A stretch of DNA of 32,000 nt from positions 1-32,000 of the forward strand of contig NZ_OZ017288.1 in assembly GCF_963967315.1 (NCBI RefSeq), given 5' to 3'. Under the pieces are notes generated by a model. That model saw nothing but the letters and a program-made list of their open reading frames with translations. It was not told the origin of the DNA and did no database searches. Made by a program: the position numbers and the translations under genes. Shown one piece after another: positions 1-9,835 of the stretch; positions within the stretch are counted from its first letter, which is position 1, and each line of letters starts with the position of its first letter. Source of the stretch: Candidatus Minimicrobia sp. QA0096. GTDB lineage: Bacteria > Patescibacteriota > Saccharimonadia > Saccharimonadales > Saccharimonadaceae.

Positions 1-1
1 T

Positions 2-202
2 AATAAGCCAGAAATTAACGTGCGCCGCGATGGCGATAAAATTGTGCTGTCCGTTTCTAAAAAGTGTAACGCAATATTCTTTGACGGTTGCTTGAATTTT
101 TATAAGCCGATAACTGGCTTGAAAATTTATACTCCTGCGGGCGTGAATGTTAGCGGTTTGTTCTATCACAACTCAATTGAAATGGGAGATCCCGAATCTT
201 AG
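2..202 (+). CDS. 3' end of an unidentified CDS entering from the left edge, or alternatively a 60-aa ORF from GTG 20
   Basis: Frame 2 is open from position 2 to TAG 200-202. No recognisable motif and no SD before GTG 20. Frame 1 shows TAA TAA at positions 1-6, which could be the end of a different upstream gene. Confidence 0.3.
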   Translation, partial: NKPEINVRRDGDKIVLSVSKKCNAIFFDGCLNFYKPITGLKIYTPAGVNVSGLFYHNSIEMGDPES

Positions 203-212
203 GCTCACGCAT

Positions 213-241
213 TTGAATGATTTTACCGCTAATGCTACACT
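213..241 (+). promoter_or_regulatory. Sigma70-like promoter for uppP: TTGAAT, 17 nt, TGcTACACT
   Basis: TTGAAT at 213-218, a 17-nt spacer, then an extended -10 TGcTACACT at 233-241. A leader of about 26 nt with an AAGG SD-like element precedes GTG 268. Confidence 0.4.
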
Positions 242-267
242 TAAAAGATGAAAGGTAATTTTTAGAC

Positions 268-1107
268 GTGGCTTGGTGGCAAGCGATTATTCTCGGCGTA
301 ATTGAGGGAATTACGGAATTCTTACCAATTTCTTCGACTGGGCATTTGACGATTGCTGAGAAGTTGTTGGGAATGCGAATTGACGATCCGAGTGTCGTGG
401 CTTTTACGGCGATAATTCAGATCGGAGCAATTTTGGCGGCGGTGATTTATTTCTGGAGCGACATCTGGCGAATTCTGCAGGCTTGGTGGCGTGGTTTATG
501 GTGGAAGCGGGCGCGTCGAAAGTTTGATTATAAATACGGCTGGGCAATTATTATCGGCTCAATTCCTATTGCGATTGTCGGATTATTATTTAAGCACGAA
601 GTTGAAACGGTTCTTCGTAGTTTGTGGTTTGTGGCGTTTGGGTTGATTGGCTGGAGTGTTGTTATGTGGCTGGCTGACAATCGTGCGGCAAATAACAAGC
701 GTGGCGAAACTGAGACGAGCTGGAAAGACACTTTGGCGATTGGCGCGGGGCAATGCTTGTCGCTCATTCCTGGAGTTAGTCGCTCTGGCGCAACGATTTC
801 AGTCGGTCTGTTTCGTGGATTTGATCGCGTGTCGGTTACGAAATTAAGTTTCTTCTTGGGTATTCCAGCACTAGTCGCAGCAGGACTATTGGAAGTTGCT
901 ACCAAATATAAACACATTTCTGGCGGCGTTGGCTGGACTCCAACTATAGTTGCCACGGTAATTTCATTCGGTGTTGGCTATTTGGCTGTGTCGTGGTTAT
1001 TGAAGTTTATTCAGAGTAATAATTTCCGACCGTTTATAATTTATCGATTCGCATTAGGTTTGGTGTTATTGGCTATGCTTGGTGTGGGAATGATTTCTCA
1101 CGTTTAA
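268..1107 (+). CDS. uppP: Undecaprenyl-diphosphate phosphatase (BacA/UppP)
   Basis: N-terminal 'ILGVIEGITEFLPISSTGHL' and the 'PGVSRSGATI' motif are hallmark UppP signatures. Polytopic membrane protein, 279 aa, GTG start. Confidence 0.9.
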   Translation: MAWWQAIILGVIEGITEFLPISSTGHLTIAEKLLGMRIDDPSVVAFTAIIQIGAILAAVIYFWSDIWRILQAWWRGLWWKRARRKFDYKYGWAIIIGSIPIAIVGLLFKHEVETVLRSLWFVAFGLIGWSVVMWLADNRAANNKRGETETSWKDTLAIGAGQCLSLIPGVSRSGATISVGLFRGFDRVSVTKLSFFLGIPALVAAGLLEVATKYKHISGGVGWTPTIVATVISFGVGYLAVSWLLKFIQSNNFRPFIIYRFALGLVLLAMLGVGMISHV

Positions 1108-1167
1108 AAGAGATAAATTTAGCAGTATTTCAACTGCTCTTGAGGCTATTTTTATTCAGAATTGTTA

Positions 1168-1173
1168 TATAAT
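1168..1173 (+). promoter_or_regulatory. -10 box TATAAT, 6 nt upstream of serS ATG 1180 (leaderless-type)
   Basis: TATAAT at 1168-1173, with ATG at 1180. Confidence 0.5.
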
Positions 1174-1179
1174 GAAAGT

Positions 1180-2421
1180 ATGTTAGATATCAAATTCATC
1201 CGAGAAAATGTCGATTTGGTGCAAAAGTCGGCAAACGATAAAGGCTATAAAGTTGATATTGCGGCATTGTTGCAATTAGACGATGAGCGTCGCGATTTGC
1301 AGAAGCAGGTTGAAGCGCTACGCGAACAGCGCAATGTTATTTCAGCGAAAATGAAAGGCGGCCGACCAGATCAAGAACTGATTGATCAGGGCAAGCAATT
1401 GAAAGTTGAGCTGGCAGAGCGTGAGAGTTATTTGAAGTCGACCGAGGAAAAAGTTGCGGCAATTCTTAAAAACGTCCCGAATATCACTTTTGACGACGTA
1501 CCTCTGGGTGGCGAAGAAGATTCCGTTGAGGTAAAAGTTTATGGCGATTGTAAAACTGGTGCAAAAGACCATTTGGATTATGCCGTAAGCCGCGGTTGGG
1601 TGGACTTTGAGCGCGGCGCTAAGGTGGCTGGTGCGAAGTTTTATTATTTGAAGGGCGATTTGGCTTTATTGGAAAATGCCGTAACTCAATTTGCCTTGGA
1701 TTACGTAACAAAGCAGGGCTTCACATTTATGACCGTGCCACATATGGTTAATTTACGAACAGCTGAGGGCGCAGGTTTTACTCCAAAGGGTGAGGGCAGT
1801 AACGAATATGTAGTTGACGGCGAAGATTTGACGCTAATTGGTACGGCGGAAATGCCATTAACCGGCTATCACGCGGATGAGATTTTGGACGAAAAAGATT
1901 TGCCATTGTTATACGCTGGGTATAGTCCTTGCTATCGAAAAGAGGCGGGAACATACGGCAAGCACACGCGTGGTCTGTTCCGAGTTCACCAATTTAATAA
2001 ACTGGAAATGTATGCGTTTTGTTTGCCTGAGCAGTCTAAAGAAATTCATGAGAAAATTCTTAGCGTTGAAGAGGCGCTTTGGCAGCAAATTGGGACTTCT
2101 TATCACGTGGTTAATATTGCGGCGGGCGATTTGGGTGCGCCGGCTGCGAAGAAGTACGACATTGAATATTGGTCGCCAGTTGATCAAACTTATCGTGAAC
2201 TGACGAGTTGTTCGAACTGTACTGATTATCAAGCTCGTGGTTTAAATATTCGAGTCCGCCGAGAAAACGGTACAATTGAATCTGTTCATACATTGAACGG
2301 AACTGCGGTGTCGCTGGCTCGTTCTCTGGTAGTGATTTTGGAGAATTTCCAGAATCCAGATGGAACTTTGACTGTTCCTGAGGTACTTCGTCCATATATG
2401 AATGGCCGTGACGTGATATAA
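1180..2421 (+). CDS. serS: Seryl-tRNA synthetase
   Basis: 'MLDIKFIRENVDLV' N-terminus, a coiled-coil arm, and a class II core ('GTAEMPL', 'CYRKEAG', 'RVHQFNKLEMY', 'NGTAVSLARSLVVILEN'). I chose ATG 1180 over the track's TTG 1162 because of the -10 box position and the typical SerRS N-terminus. Confidence 0.93.
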   Translation: MLDIKFIRENVDLVQKSANDKGYKVDIAALLQLDDERRDLQKQVEALREQRNVISAKMKGGRPDQELIDQGKQLKVELAERESYLKSTEEKVAAILKNVPNITFDDVPLGGEEDSVEVKVYGDCKTGAKDHLDYAVSRGWVDFERGAKVAGAKFYYLKGDLALLENAVTQFALDYVTKQGFTFMTVPHMVNLRTAEGAGFTPKGEGSNEYVVDGEDLTLIGTAEMPLTGYHADEILDEKDLPLLYAGYSPCYRKEAGTYGKHTRGLFRVHQFNKLEMYAFCLPEQSKEIHEKILSVEEALWQQIGTSYHVVNIAAGDLGAPAAKKYDIEYWSPVDQTYRELTSCSNCTDYQARGLNIRVRRENGTIESVHTLNGTAVSLARSLVVILENFQNPDGTLTVPEVLRPYMNGRDVI

Positions 2422-2450
2422 TAAGAGCGTATTAGTTAGTAGGAGGAAAA

Positions 2451-2822
2451 ATGATTAAGGATATTACAATTACTGGCGTTAAATATGAGCTGAACGCCAC
2501 AACAAAAAAATACGTTGAAAGGAAAATTGGTTCGTTGGGAAAATACTTGCCGCGCCACGCACGAAAAAGTGCATCTGCAGACGTTAAGATTAGGCAGATT
2601 GACAATCCTGGCGGCAACAAGTACGAGGTTGAAGTTATCATCAATGTGCCAGATAAGAAAATTGTAGCTAAGGATTCAACCATGAACGTTTTGGCTGCGG
2701 TGGATATTGTTGAAGCTAGGTTGAACGGTCAAGTTCGTAAGTATAAAGACGATGTGTTGGCTCACGTTGGCGGAAGTCGCGGAATTTTGGCAAAGCTGAA
2801 GCAAACTTTCGGTCGAAAATAA
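2451..2822 (+). CDS. hpf: Ribosome hibernation/modulation factor, short HPF/RaiA family
   Basis: 'ITITGVKYELNATTKKYVERKI...KYEVEVIINVPDKKIVAKDSTMNVLAAVDIVEARLNGQVRKYKD' fits the sigma54-modulation/S30AE fold pattern. A strong AGGAGG SD lies at about 2441-2446. Confidence 0.8.
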   Translation: MIKDITITGVKYELNATTKKYVERKIGSLGKYLPRHARKSASADVKIRQIDNPGGNKYEVEVIINVPDKKIVAKDSTMNVLAAVDIVEARLNGQVRKYKDDVLAHVGGSRGILAKLKQTFGRK

Positions 2823-2842
2823 TTGATAGATGAAATTAACAG

Positions 2843-2875
2843 AAAAGCGTTCAGATTCTGGGCGCTTTTTCTTTT
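2843..2875 (+). terminator. Rho-independent terminator after hpf
   Basis: AAAAGCGTTCAG-att-CTGGGCGCTTTT stem (includes two G.U pairs) followed by TTTCTTTT. Confidence 0.6.
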
Positions 2876-2894
2876 CAAATTGCCCGAAAAAAGT

Positions 2895-2900
2895 TATAAT
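2895..2900 (+). promoter_or_regulatory. -10 box TATAAT for secA, with a leader
   Basis: TATAAT at 2895-2900. SD GAGGGAG at about 2930-2936 precedes ATG 2948. Confidence 0.4.
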
Positions 2901-2947
2901 AAAAGAAGTTTTTGAAAATGCCTGAAAGTGAGGGAGTTTTAAGGTTT

Positions 2948-5578
2948 ATGGCAATTACACAACAAAAAGCGCTGAGTAAGATTTTTGGCGATCCACAGAA
3001 GAAGATTTTGAAACGATTGCGTAAGCAAGTTGACGTTATTAACGGTCTGAATGACAAATATGAAAAAATGTCCGATAAGGAGCTTCGTGCGCAGACTGAT
3101 GAGCTGAAAAAGCGCTTGTCGAAGAAGAATGTAACGCTTGATACGATTTTGCCAGATGCGTTTGCTGTGGCAAGGGAAGCTGCTAAGCGTGTGATTGGCG
3201 AGCGTCCATATGATGTGCAGTTGATTGGTGGTATGGTTCTTCATGAGGGCAACGTTGCCGAGATGAAAACTGGTGAAGGTAAGACTCTTGTGGCGACGCT
3301 GCCGACTTACTTGAATGCTTTGGAGGGCAAGGGCGTTCACGTGGTGACAGTTAACGACTATTTGGCGCAGCGCGACGCTGGTTGGATGGGCCAAGTATAT
3401 GATTTCCTAGGCCTGACTACTGGTGTGATTATCAATGAAGCGTCATTTGTTTATGATAAAGATTACGACAATGATCATCACGACGATCCTCGAATGCGCA
3501 AGCTTCGCCCAGTTTCACGTAAAGAAGCTTATGCTGCAGACATCACGTACGGCACGAATAATGAGTTTGGTTTTGACTATTTGCGCGACAACATGGTTAA
3601 TGATGTTGATTTGCTCAGGCAGCGTGAATTGAACTTCGCAATCGTTGACGAGGTTGACTCAATTTTGATTGACGAAGCTCGTACGCCACTTATTATCTCT
3701 GCTCCAGCGGCTGAAAATCCTGACAATTATTACACATTTGCTAAAATCGCCGCCAAGTTGGTTCCGGAAGATTACGTTTTGGATGAGAAGCGCCGAAGTG
3801 TTGCCTTGACTGATGAAGGTGTTGAAAAGGTTCAGAAATTGTTGGGAATAAAAAACTTGTACACACCAGATCACGTGCGCAGTGTTTATCACATGGACCA
3901 GGCTTTGCGAGCGCAGACATTGTTCAAGCGCGACAAGGATTACGTCGTAACCAATGATGGCGAAGTGATTATTGTTGACGAACATACTGGTCGTTTGATG
4001 CAGGGTCGCCGTTACAACGAAGGCTTACATCAGGCAATTGAGGCTAAAGAAGGCGTTCCTGTGCTGGAAGAGAGCATGACTCTAGCGACAATTTCCTTCC
4101 AGAATTACTTCCGTTTGTATAATAAATTGAGCGGTATGACAGGTACGGCATTTACCGAAGCTGAAGAGTTTCAGCAAATTTATTCACTTGATGTTATTCA
4201 AATTCCACCGAACAAACCAGTTATTCGCGAAGATAAAGAGGACTTAATTTTCAAGACTGAAAAGGCCAAACTGAAAGCCGTCGCTGAGGCGATTAAGGAT
4301 TACCACAAGCAAGGTCGTCCTGTTTTGGTTGGCTCTGGGTCTATTGAAAAGAATGAGCAAATTGCCAAATATTTGGAAAAAGAAGGCATTAAGTTTGAGA
4401 TTCTGAACGCCAAGAACAATGAGCGTGAGGCTGCGATTGTGGCGAAAGCCGGCGAAAAAGGTGCGATTACTTTGGCTACGAATATTGCTGGTCGTGGTAC
4501 CGACATTAAGCTTGGCGAGGGTGTTAAGGAACTTGGTGGCTTGGTTGTTGTCGGTTCAGAGCGACATGAATCACGCCGAATTGACAATCAGTTGCGTGGT
4601 CGTGGCGGACGCCAGGGCGATCCAGGTGAGACTCAGTTTTATGTTTCAACCGAAGATGATTTGATGCGAATTTTCCAGGGCGAGCGAATTGCGTCGTTGA
4701 TGGATAGGCTGGGCGTTGATGATGACACGCCAATCAGAACTCGCGCCGTATCGAAAACATTGGAAGCGGCACAGAAGCGAGTTGAAGGCTATAACTTTGA
4801 TACGCGCAAAAATGTTGTTCAATACGACAATGTGATCAACCGTCATCGTCGCGTCGTTTATGTTATGCGACGTAGGATTTTGGAAGGCGATAATATTAAG
4901 CCGGAAATTGAGCGATTATTGCGAGCTAAAGTTCACGAATTGACAACTCTTCCATCAAAGAATAATCCAAAGTTTGTCGAGGATTTCTCGGTTATTTTCC
5001 CGGTTGATAAGGAAAAAATTGAAAAGGTTGGCAAGGAAAAGAAAGATCGTCTGCGCTATGAGAAGGCGCTGGAGCTGGCTGAAGAAGCTTACGCAGAGAA
5101 AGAGCGTGAGATTGGCGCTGATGATTTGCGTGGAGTTGAGCGCGAAGTTTACATGGCGGTGTTGGATACATTGTGGATGCAACATTTGGAAAATATGCAA
5201 CATTTGCGCGAGGGAATTCACTGGCGAAGTGTTGGACAGCGTGATCCTTTGGTGGAATATCGATCAGAATCCCAGAAGTTGTTTGAGAGTTTGCAGGCTA
5301 ATCTTCGCGATGAAGTTTTGACGACGATATTTAATATTCATAAAGCCGACGCTACATTTCGTCAATCTCAAGACGACGAATATGACACTGAACTAACTCG
5401 TCTGGCGGAAAATGCTGTTGAGCGTGGCGTTAATGAAATTGGTTCAGGTGAAGAAAATCGTGACGATGACTTCTCTGTGAAAAAGGGCAAGACCAGCGCG
5501 GAATCAAATCGTGTGAAAAATCAAGCTCGAAAGAAGAAGAAGGCTCAGCGACAGAATCGTAAGAAAAATCGTAAATAA
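2948..5578 (+). CDS. secA: Preprotein translocase ATPase SecA
   Basis: 'LSKIFGDPQKKILKRL', Walker A 'MKTGEGKTLVATLP', 'DEVDSILIDEARTPLIIS', 'TNIAGRGTDIKLG' and 'RIDNQLRGRGGRQGDPG'. ATG 2948 is preferred because it has an SD and gives a canonical N-terminus. The track start 2912 is TTG, and an in-frame ATG at 2918 is also possible. Confidence 0.95.
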   Translation: MAITQQKALSKIFGDPQKKILKRLRKQVDVINGLNDKYEKMSDKELRAQTDELKKRLSKKNVTLDTILPDAFAVAREAAKRVIGERPYDVQLIGGMVLHEGNVAEMKTGEGKTLVATLPTYLNALEGKGVHVVTVNDYLAQRDAGWMGQVYDFLGLTTGVIINEASFVYDKDYDNDHHDDPRMRKLRPVSRKEAYAADITYGTNNEFGFDYLRDNMVNDVDLLRQRELNFAIVDEVDSILIDEARTPLIISAPAAENPDNYYTFAKIAAKLVPEDYVLDEKRRSVALTDEGVEKVQKLLGIKNLYTPDHVRSVYHMDQALRAQTLFKRDKDYVVTNDGEVIIVDEHTGRLMQGRRYNEGLHQAIEAKEGVPVLEESMTLATISFQNYFRLYNKLSGMTGTAFTEAEEFQQIYSLDVIQIPPNKPVIREDKEDLIFKTEKAKLKAVAEAIKDYHKQGRPVLVGSGSIEKNEQIAKYLEKEGIKFEILNAKNNEREAAIVAKAGEKGAITLATNIAGRGTDIKLGEGVKELGGLVVVGSERHESRRIDNQLRGRGGRQGDPGETQFYVSTEDDLMRIFQGERIASLMDRLGVDDDTPIRTRAVSKTLEAAQKRVEGYNFDTRKNVVQYDNVINRHRRVVYVMRRRILEGDNIKPEIERLLRAKVHELTTLPSKNNPKFVEDFSVIFPVDKEKIEKVGKEKKDRLRYEKALELAEEAYAEKEREIGADDLRGVEREVYMAVLDTLWMQHLENMQHLREGIHWRSVGQRDPLVEYRSESQKLFESLQANLRDEVLTTIFNIHKADATFRQSQDDEYDTELTRLAENAVERGVNEIGSGEENRDDDFSVKKGKTSAESNRVKNQARKKKKAQRQNRKKNRK

Positions 5579-5593
5579 TCAGAGAATTAGGCA

Positions 5594-6871
5594 ATGAAAC
5601 ATACAGTTGAGGAAATTAGACTGAAGAATGGTGCGCGCGGCTTGTTGATTGACGTTCCAGACGCTACGGTAATGAGTTTTCAGGTGCAATTCAGGGCAGG
5701 AAATCGCTACGTTCTGAATAAAGACATTTACGAAACGGCTCACATTATGGAGCATATGGCGTTCGGCGCGAACGAAAAGTTCCGTTCGGAGCATAATTAT
5801 GAGCAGGAATTTACCAAGAATGGCGCTTATCACAACGCCTACACTTCTGACTATTCAATGGTTTATGAAGCGATTTGTGCGGATTTTGAGTGGGACAGGA
5901 TTTTGGAGCTTCAGAGGCTGGCTATTACAACGCCGCGATTCAACGCCGATGAGCTTGAGGCGGAAAAGGGCAATGTTCGCTCTGAACTAACTGGTTATCT
6001 CAACAATCACAACCGCGTGATGTGGCCGCGCATTCAGCAAGCGCTGGGTGAAGATATTTTGACGTATAATCAGCGCCTAAAAACAATTGCTAATATTGAA
6101 TTGAAGGATATTAAAAATCATCACAAGCGAACGCATACTTTGAAGAATATGCGGTTTGTGGTGGCTGGAAAAATGGCTGGACGAAAAGCGGCAATTAAAG
6201 AACACCTTGAAGGCTGGCAATTAGAAACGGGTGAGCGATTTGTGATTCCGCGTGATGAACCGCGCAGAGCTAACCCTGTTTTAGTCAGACGAAAAGAGGC
6301 GACGAATTTGACGTTTGGCTGGTCGATGATGATTCCACGTGAACTAAGCGATGAAGAAGTTACTGCCATGAATGCATTGAATCATATTTTAACTGGCACG
6401 ATGAGCTCAAGGATTTTTGGTTCGGCTCGTAAAAAAGGCTTGGCGTATAGTATTTTTAGCGATACATCGATTGGTTTTTATGATTCGGCTTGGGATTTTG
6501 GCGGACAAGTAAATGTCGAAACTGCAGAAAAACTCTTTGATATTATCGTGAGAGAGTTGAAGAAAGTTTTGGCTGGATCTATTTCTGAAGAAGATTTGGA
6601 AAGCGTGAAGTCGTATTCGTTGGGTCGTTATCAAATGGGCGCTCAAACTGTCGGACAAGTCAGCAATTTTTACGTAGGACGATATTTTGCTGATGATTTT
6701 GTGAGAGATTATGCCGCCGTTCCAGACTCTATTTTGGCGGTAACTCCTGATCAGTTGATTGAAACGGCTCGTCAATTTTTTGCATCCAACACGTGGACGT
6801 TGGCGGCAGTTACTTCGGAAGAAAAAGAGCTATTAACAAAGCTGTACGATAAGCTCGACAAGCTGTTTTAG
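5594..6871 (+). CDS. M16-family (pitrilysin/insulinase-like) zinc peptidase
   Basis: Inverted zinc motif HxxEH in 'TAHIMEHMAFGAN'. 425 aa with the two-lobed M16 length. Only 15 nt after secA, so probably co-transcribed. Confidence 0.8.
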   Translation: MKHTVEEIRLKNGARGLLIDVPDATVMSFQVQFRAGNRYVLNKDIYETAHIMEHMAFGANEKFRSEHNYEQEFTKNGAYHNAYTSDYSMVYEAICADFEWDRILELQRLAITTPRFNADELEAEKGNVRSELTGYLNNHNRVMWPRIQQALGEDILTYNQRLKTIANIELKDIKNHHKRTHTLKNMRFVVAGKMAGRKAAIKEHLEGWQLETGERFVIPRDEPRRANPVLVRRKEATNLTFGWSMMIPRELSDEEVTAMNALNHILTGTMSSRIFGSARKKGLAYSIFSDTSIGFYDSAWDFGGQVNVETAEKLFDIIVRELKKVLAGSISEEDLESVKSYSLGRYQMGAQTVGQVSNFYVGRYFADDFVRDYAAVPDSILAVTPDQLIETARQFFASNTWTLAAVTSEEKELLTKLYDKLDKLF

Positions 6872-6892
6872 GGTGTAATCGTAAATTGCCCG

Positions 6893-6901
6893 TGATATAA
6901 T
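6893..6901 (+). promoter_or_regulatory. Extended -10 TGaTATAAT, 6 nt upstream of murD ATG (leaderless-type)
   Basis: TGaTATAAT at 6893-6901, with ATG at 6908. Confidence 0.55.
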
Positions 6902-6907
6902 CAGGTT

Positions 6908-8152
6908 ATGAAAATTGTCATTGCTGGTTTTGGTGTTGAAGGTCAATCTAATTTGCGGTATTTTCGAGAGAAATTTCCGGAAGCTGATTTTTTGGTGGCG
7001 GACGAGCGTGAAAAAGTAGATAATTTGTCGGAAAATGTAGCTTATCAGACGGGATTTTCGGGGCTGGAGAACGCGGATTTAATCGTTAGGTCGCCAAGTC
7101 TTCCGCCAAAAAAGATAAAGACTAGCGGTCGAATTTGGTCGGCGACAAATGAGTTTTTTGCCAATTGCCCAGCGACTATAATTGGCGTGACTGGCACAAA
7201 AGGCAAGGGGACGACGTGTAGCTTTATCTCGTCGATTTTGCGCGCGACAGGTAAAACCGTGCATTTGGTGGGGAATATTGGCGTGCCAGCTTTGGATATT
7301 TTGCCAAAAATTGAGAAAAATGACATTGTCGTTTACGAATTGTCCAGTTTTCAATTGTGGGATTTGCAGAAATCTCCGCACGTTGCCGTGGTGCTGATGA
7401 TTGAACCTGATCACTTGAATGTTCACGCTGATTTTAATGATTATTTGGCGGCAAAAGCAAATATTGCCAAGTTTCAAACCGCTGACGATTATGTTGTCTA
7501 TAATTCTCAAAATGAGTTTAGTTCGTCGATTGCAGATGCGAGTTCGGCGCAGAAAAAGGAATATCCATTTGTTCTCTCGGACGATATAACTTCTGCGATT
7601 CGCCTGCCGGGGAGGCATAATGTCGACAATGCGTGCGCGGCGATAGCGGCGGTGAAATCGATTTTGCCAAACGTGTCGGATGATGAGATAAAGAAGGGGC
7701 TTAGTGAGTTTACGGGGCTACCGCATCGATTGAAGTTTGTTGCTGAAAAATACGGCGTGAAATATTACGATGACAGCATTTCGACAACTCCGGGCAGTGC
7801 GATTGCGGCATTAAAAGCTTTTGCGGAGCCGAAAATTTTGATTTTGGGCGGCTCGGATAAAGGCGCGGATTATTCTGAATTAGCGAAAGAAATTGCCAGA
7901 CAAAACGTGCGATCGATAATTATCAATGGCGCTAACGCTGATGAAATTAGGGAAGTTTTAAGGGAAGAAAAAATTGATTGCGAAATTGTCCAATTAGATA
8001 TGGCGACAATGAAAGAAGTTGCCAAATCAGCCAAAAATAAAGCGCAATCTGGCGACGTGGTGATTCTTAGTCCGGCGGCCGCCAGCTTTGATATGTTTAA
8101 GAGCTATTCTGATCGTGGTGAGCAATTTGTCGCCGCCGTAGAAGAGCTTTAA
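6908..8152 (+). CDS. murD: UDP-N-acetylmuramoyl-L-alanine--D-glutamate ligase
   Basis: Mur ligase P-loop '[11 protein letters not shown]', then 'HNVDNACAA', 'LPHRLKFV', '[10 protein letters not shown]' and 'ILGGSDKG'. The N-terminal Rossmann segment '[11 protein letters not shown]' is typical of MurD. Confidence 0.9.
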   Translation: MKIVIAGFGVEGQSNLRYFREKFPEADFLVADEREKVDNLSENVAYQTGFSGLENADLIVRSPSLPPKKIKTSGRIWSATNEFFANCPATIIGVTGTKGKGTTCSFISSILRATGKTVHLVGNIGVPALDILPKIEKNDIVVYELSSFQLWDLQKSPHVAVVLMIEPDHLNVHADFNDYLAAKANIAKFQTADDYVVYNSQNEFSSSIADASSAQKKEYPFVLSDDITSAIRLPGRHNVDNACAAIAAVKSILPNVSDDEIKKGLSEFTGLPHRLKFVAEKYGVKYYDDSISTTPGSAIAALKAFAEPKILILGGSDKGADYSELAKEIARQNVRSIIINGANADEIREVLREEKIDCEIVQLDMATMKEVAKSAKNKAQSGDVVILSPAAASFDMFKSYSDRGEQFVAAVEEL

Positions 8153-8688
8153 TCTTGATAGACTTCTGGTTTTAAGACGCCGATGTATGGCAAGTTGCGA
8201 TATTGTTGGCGAAAATCCAGACCGTAGCCAACGACAAATTCATTCGGTGTATCGATGCCGACGTAATCGGCTTTTGCGTCAACTTCGCGCCGTGCTGGTT
8301 TGTCTAATAGCGAGCATATTTTTACCGACGCAGCATTTTTTGCGGCAAATAACTCTCTTAGCGCCTGGGCGGTTCGACCGCTGTCAATTATGTCCTCAAC
8401 TATCAACACATGCCTATCCGTTACGTCGGTATCCAAATCTTTGATAATTTTTACAGATCCAGAAGATTTTGTGTCGTCGCCGTAACTGGAAACCGCCATG
8501 AAATCAATTTCCATATAGCAATCCATCGCCTGTATCAAGTCGATCATAAACGGCGCCGCGCCGCGTAAAATACCCACGACAACAGGATTTTCATCGTGAT
8601 AATCCTCGGTCAATTTTTTCCCAAGTTTTTGAACTGCCGTTTTTATTTCTTCGTTCGTAAATAGAATTTTCTCAATGTCTTTATCCAT
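8149..8688 (-). CDS. hpt: Hypoxanthine-guanine phosphoribosyltransferase
   Basis: PRPP-binding motif '[13 protein letters not shown]', plus '[15 protein letters not shown]' and '[20 protein letters not shown]'. 179 aa. Confidence 0.9.
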   Translation of the reverse strand: MDKDIEKILFTNEEIKTAVQKLGKKLTEDYHDENPVVVGILRGAAPFMIDLIQAMDCYMEIDFMAVSSYGDDTKSSGSVKIIKDLDTDVTDRHVLIVEDIIDSGRTAQALRELFAAKNAASVKICSLLDKPARREVDAKADYVGIDTPNEFVVGYGLDFRQQYRNLPYIGVLKPEVYQD

Positions 8689-8694
8689 CTTTTT

Positions 8695-8700
8695 ATTTTA
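8695..8700 (-). promoter_or_regulatory. -10 box TAAAAT (minus strand), 6 nt upstream of hpt ATG
   Basis: The + strand ATTTTA at 8695-8700 is the complement of TAAAAT. The hpt start codon is complementary to 8686-8688. Confidence 0.4.
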
Positions 8701-8723
8701 ACAGAGAATTGAGCGTTGAAAAA

Positions 8724-8732
8724 TGGTACAAT
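8724..8732 (+). promoter_or_regulatory. Extended -10 TGgTACAAT, 7 nt upstream of prfB ATG 8740
   Basis: TGgTACAAT at 8724-8732. It lies back-to-back with the hpt -10 box inside a 51-nt divergent spacer. Confidence 0.5.
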
Positions 8733-8739
8733 AAAATAT

Positions 8740-9831
8740 ATGCAACCGCTAAAAAAGAAAATTGGTGAATTAGAAAAAGAAATTGAACAGGCTAAAAAAG
8801 CGCTGAAGTTTTCTGATTTAGAGCAGAAATTGGCGGAGCTGGACGATCAATTAAACCAGCCAGAAATTTGGAATAATCCTGATTACGCCCAAGAATTAAC
8901 GAAACAAGCGTCGAGCCTTCGTCAGACAGTTGAGCCTTGGCAGACTCTGACGGTGCAGGTTGGTGATATGGTGGAGCTGATGGAGCTTGGTGATGACGAT
9001 TTGTTGCCGGAATTCCAAGCGCAGGTTGCGGCGATTGAAAAGAGTTTTGATAGGCATAAAACCGATTTGCTATTCTCTGGCGAATATGACAATCGTTCGG
9101 CAATTATGCGCATTTCCGCTGGCGTGGGTGGGCTGGATGCGCAGGATTTTGCGGCGATGTTGGAGCGAATGTATTTGCGCTGGGCGGAAAAATCTGGAAT
9201 GAAAGTTGATACGCTGGAATGCTCGACAAATGACGACGCTGGAATTAAAACGGTCGTTTTGGAGATTTCTGGATCTTTTGCTTATGGGAAATTGCGGTCG
9301 GAAAATGGCGTGCATCGTTTGGTGCGATTAAGTCCGTTTAATGCGGACAATTTGCGCCAGACTAGTTTTGCGCTTGTCGAGGTTTTGCCGAAAATTGACG
9401 CGCCCGATGAAATATCAATTGACCCGAATGATTTAAGAATTGATGTCTATCGTTCGGGCGGCAAAGGTGGTCAAGGTGTGAATACGACAGATTCGGCGGT
9501 TCGAGTGACGCATGAGCCGACAGGGATTACGGTGGCTATTCAGAATGAGCGCTCGCAGATTCAGAACAAAGAAACGGCGTTGAAGATTCTGCGGTCAAAA
9601 TTGCTAGCGATGAAATTAGAGCAACACGCCGAAACTCTGTCTGATCTTAGGGCTGGCGAATCGGCAAACTGGGGTAGCCAAATTAGAAATTACGTTTTGC
9701 ATCCATATACGCTAGTTAAAGATACGCGCACAAAGCACGAAAACCGCAATGCTCAAGGCGTTTTGGACGGCGATATTGACGAATTTATTACGGCGTATTT
9801 AGAACAAAACACTAATTCTAAAAATATTTAG
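8740..9831 (+). CDS. prfB: Peptide chain release factor 2, single uninterrupted frame
   Basis: GGQ loop 'SGGKGGQGVNTTDSAVRVTHEPTGI' and the RF2-specific SPF tripeptide in 'RLSPFNA'. There is no in-frame TGA or +1 shift site near codon 25. I chose ATG 8740 over the track's TTG 8716. Confidence 0.92.
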   Translation: MQPLKKKIGELEKEIEQAKKALKFSDLEQKLAELDDQLNQPEIWNNPDYAQELTKQASSLRQTVEPWQTLTVQVGDMVELMELGDDDLLPEFQAQVAAIEKSFDRHKTDLLFSGEYDNRSAIMRISAGVGGLDAQDFAAMLERMYLRWAEKSGMKVDTLECSTNDDAGIKTVVLEISGSFAYGKLRSENGVHRLVRLSPFNADNLRQTSFALVEVLPKIDAPDEISIDPNDLRIDVYRSGGKGGQGVNTTDSAVRVTHEPTGITVAIQNERSQIQNKETALKILRSKLLAMKLEQHAETLSDLRAGESANWGSQIRNYVLHPYTLVKDTRTKHENRNAQGVLDGDIDEFITAYLEQNTNSKNI

Positions 9832-9835
9832 CTTA

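Noticed and set aside
1108-1179. T-box or other riboswitch leader upstream of serS (and likewise glyQS at 22041-22113)
   Set aside because: The intergenic regions are only about 70 nt, and the serS -10 box is 6 nt from its ATG. A T-box needs about 200 nt with specifier and antiterminator helices, and none can fit.
8740-8830. Programmed +1 frameshift site (CTT TGA C type) expected near codon 25 of prfB
   Set aside because: The RF2 reading frame is continuous from ATG 8740 to the stop at 9829-9831. There is no in-frame TGA or shift-prone motif in the N-terminal region, so this is a non-frameshifted prfB.
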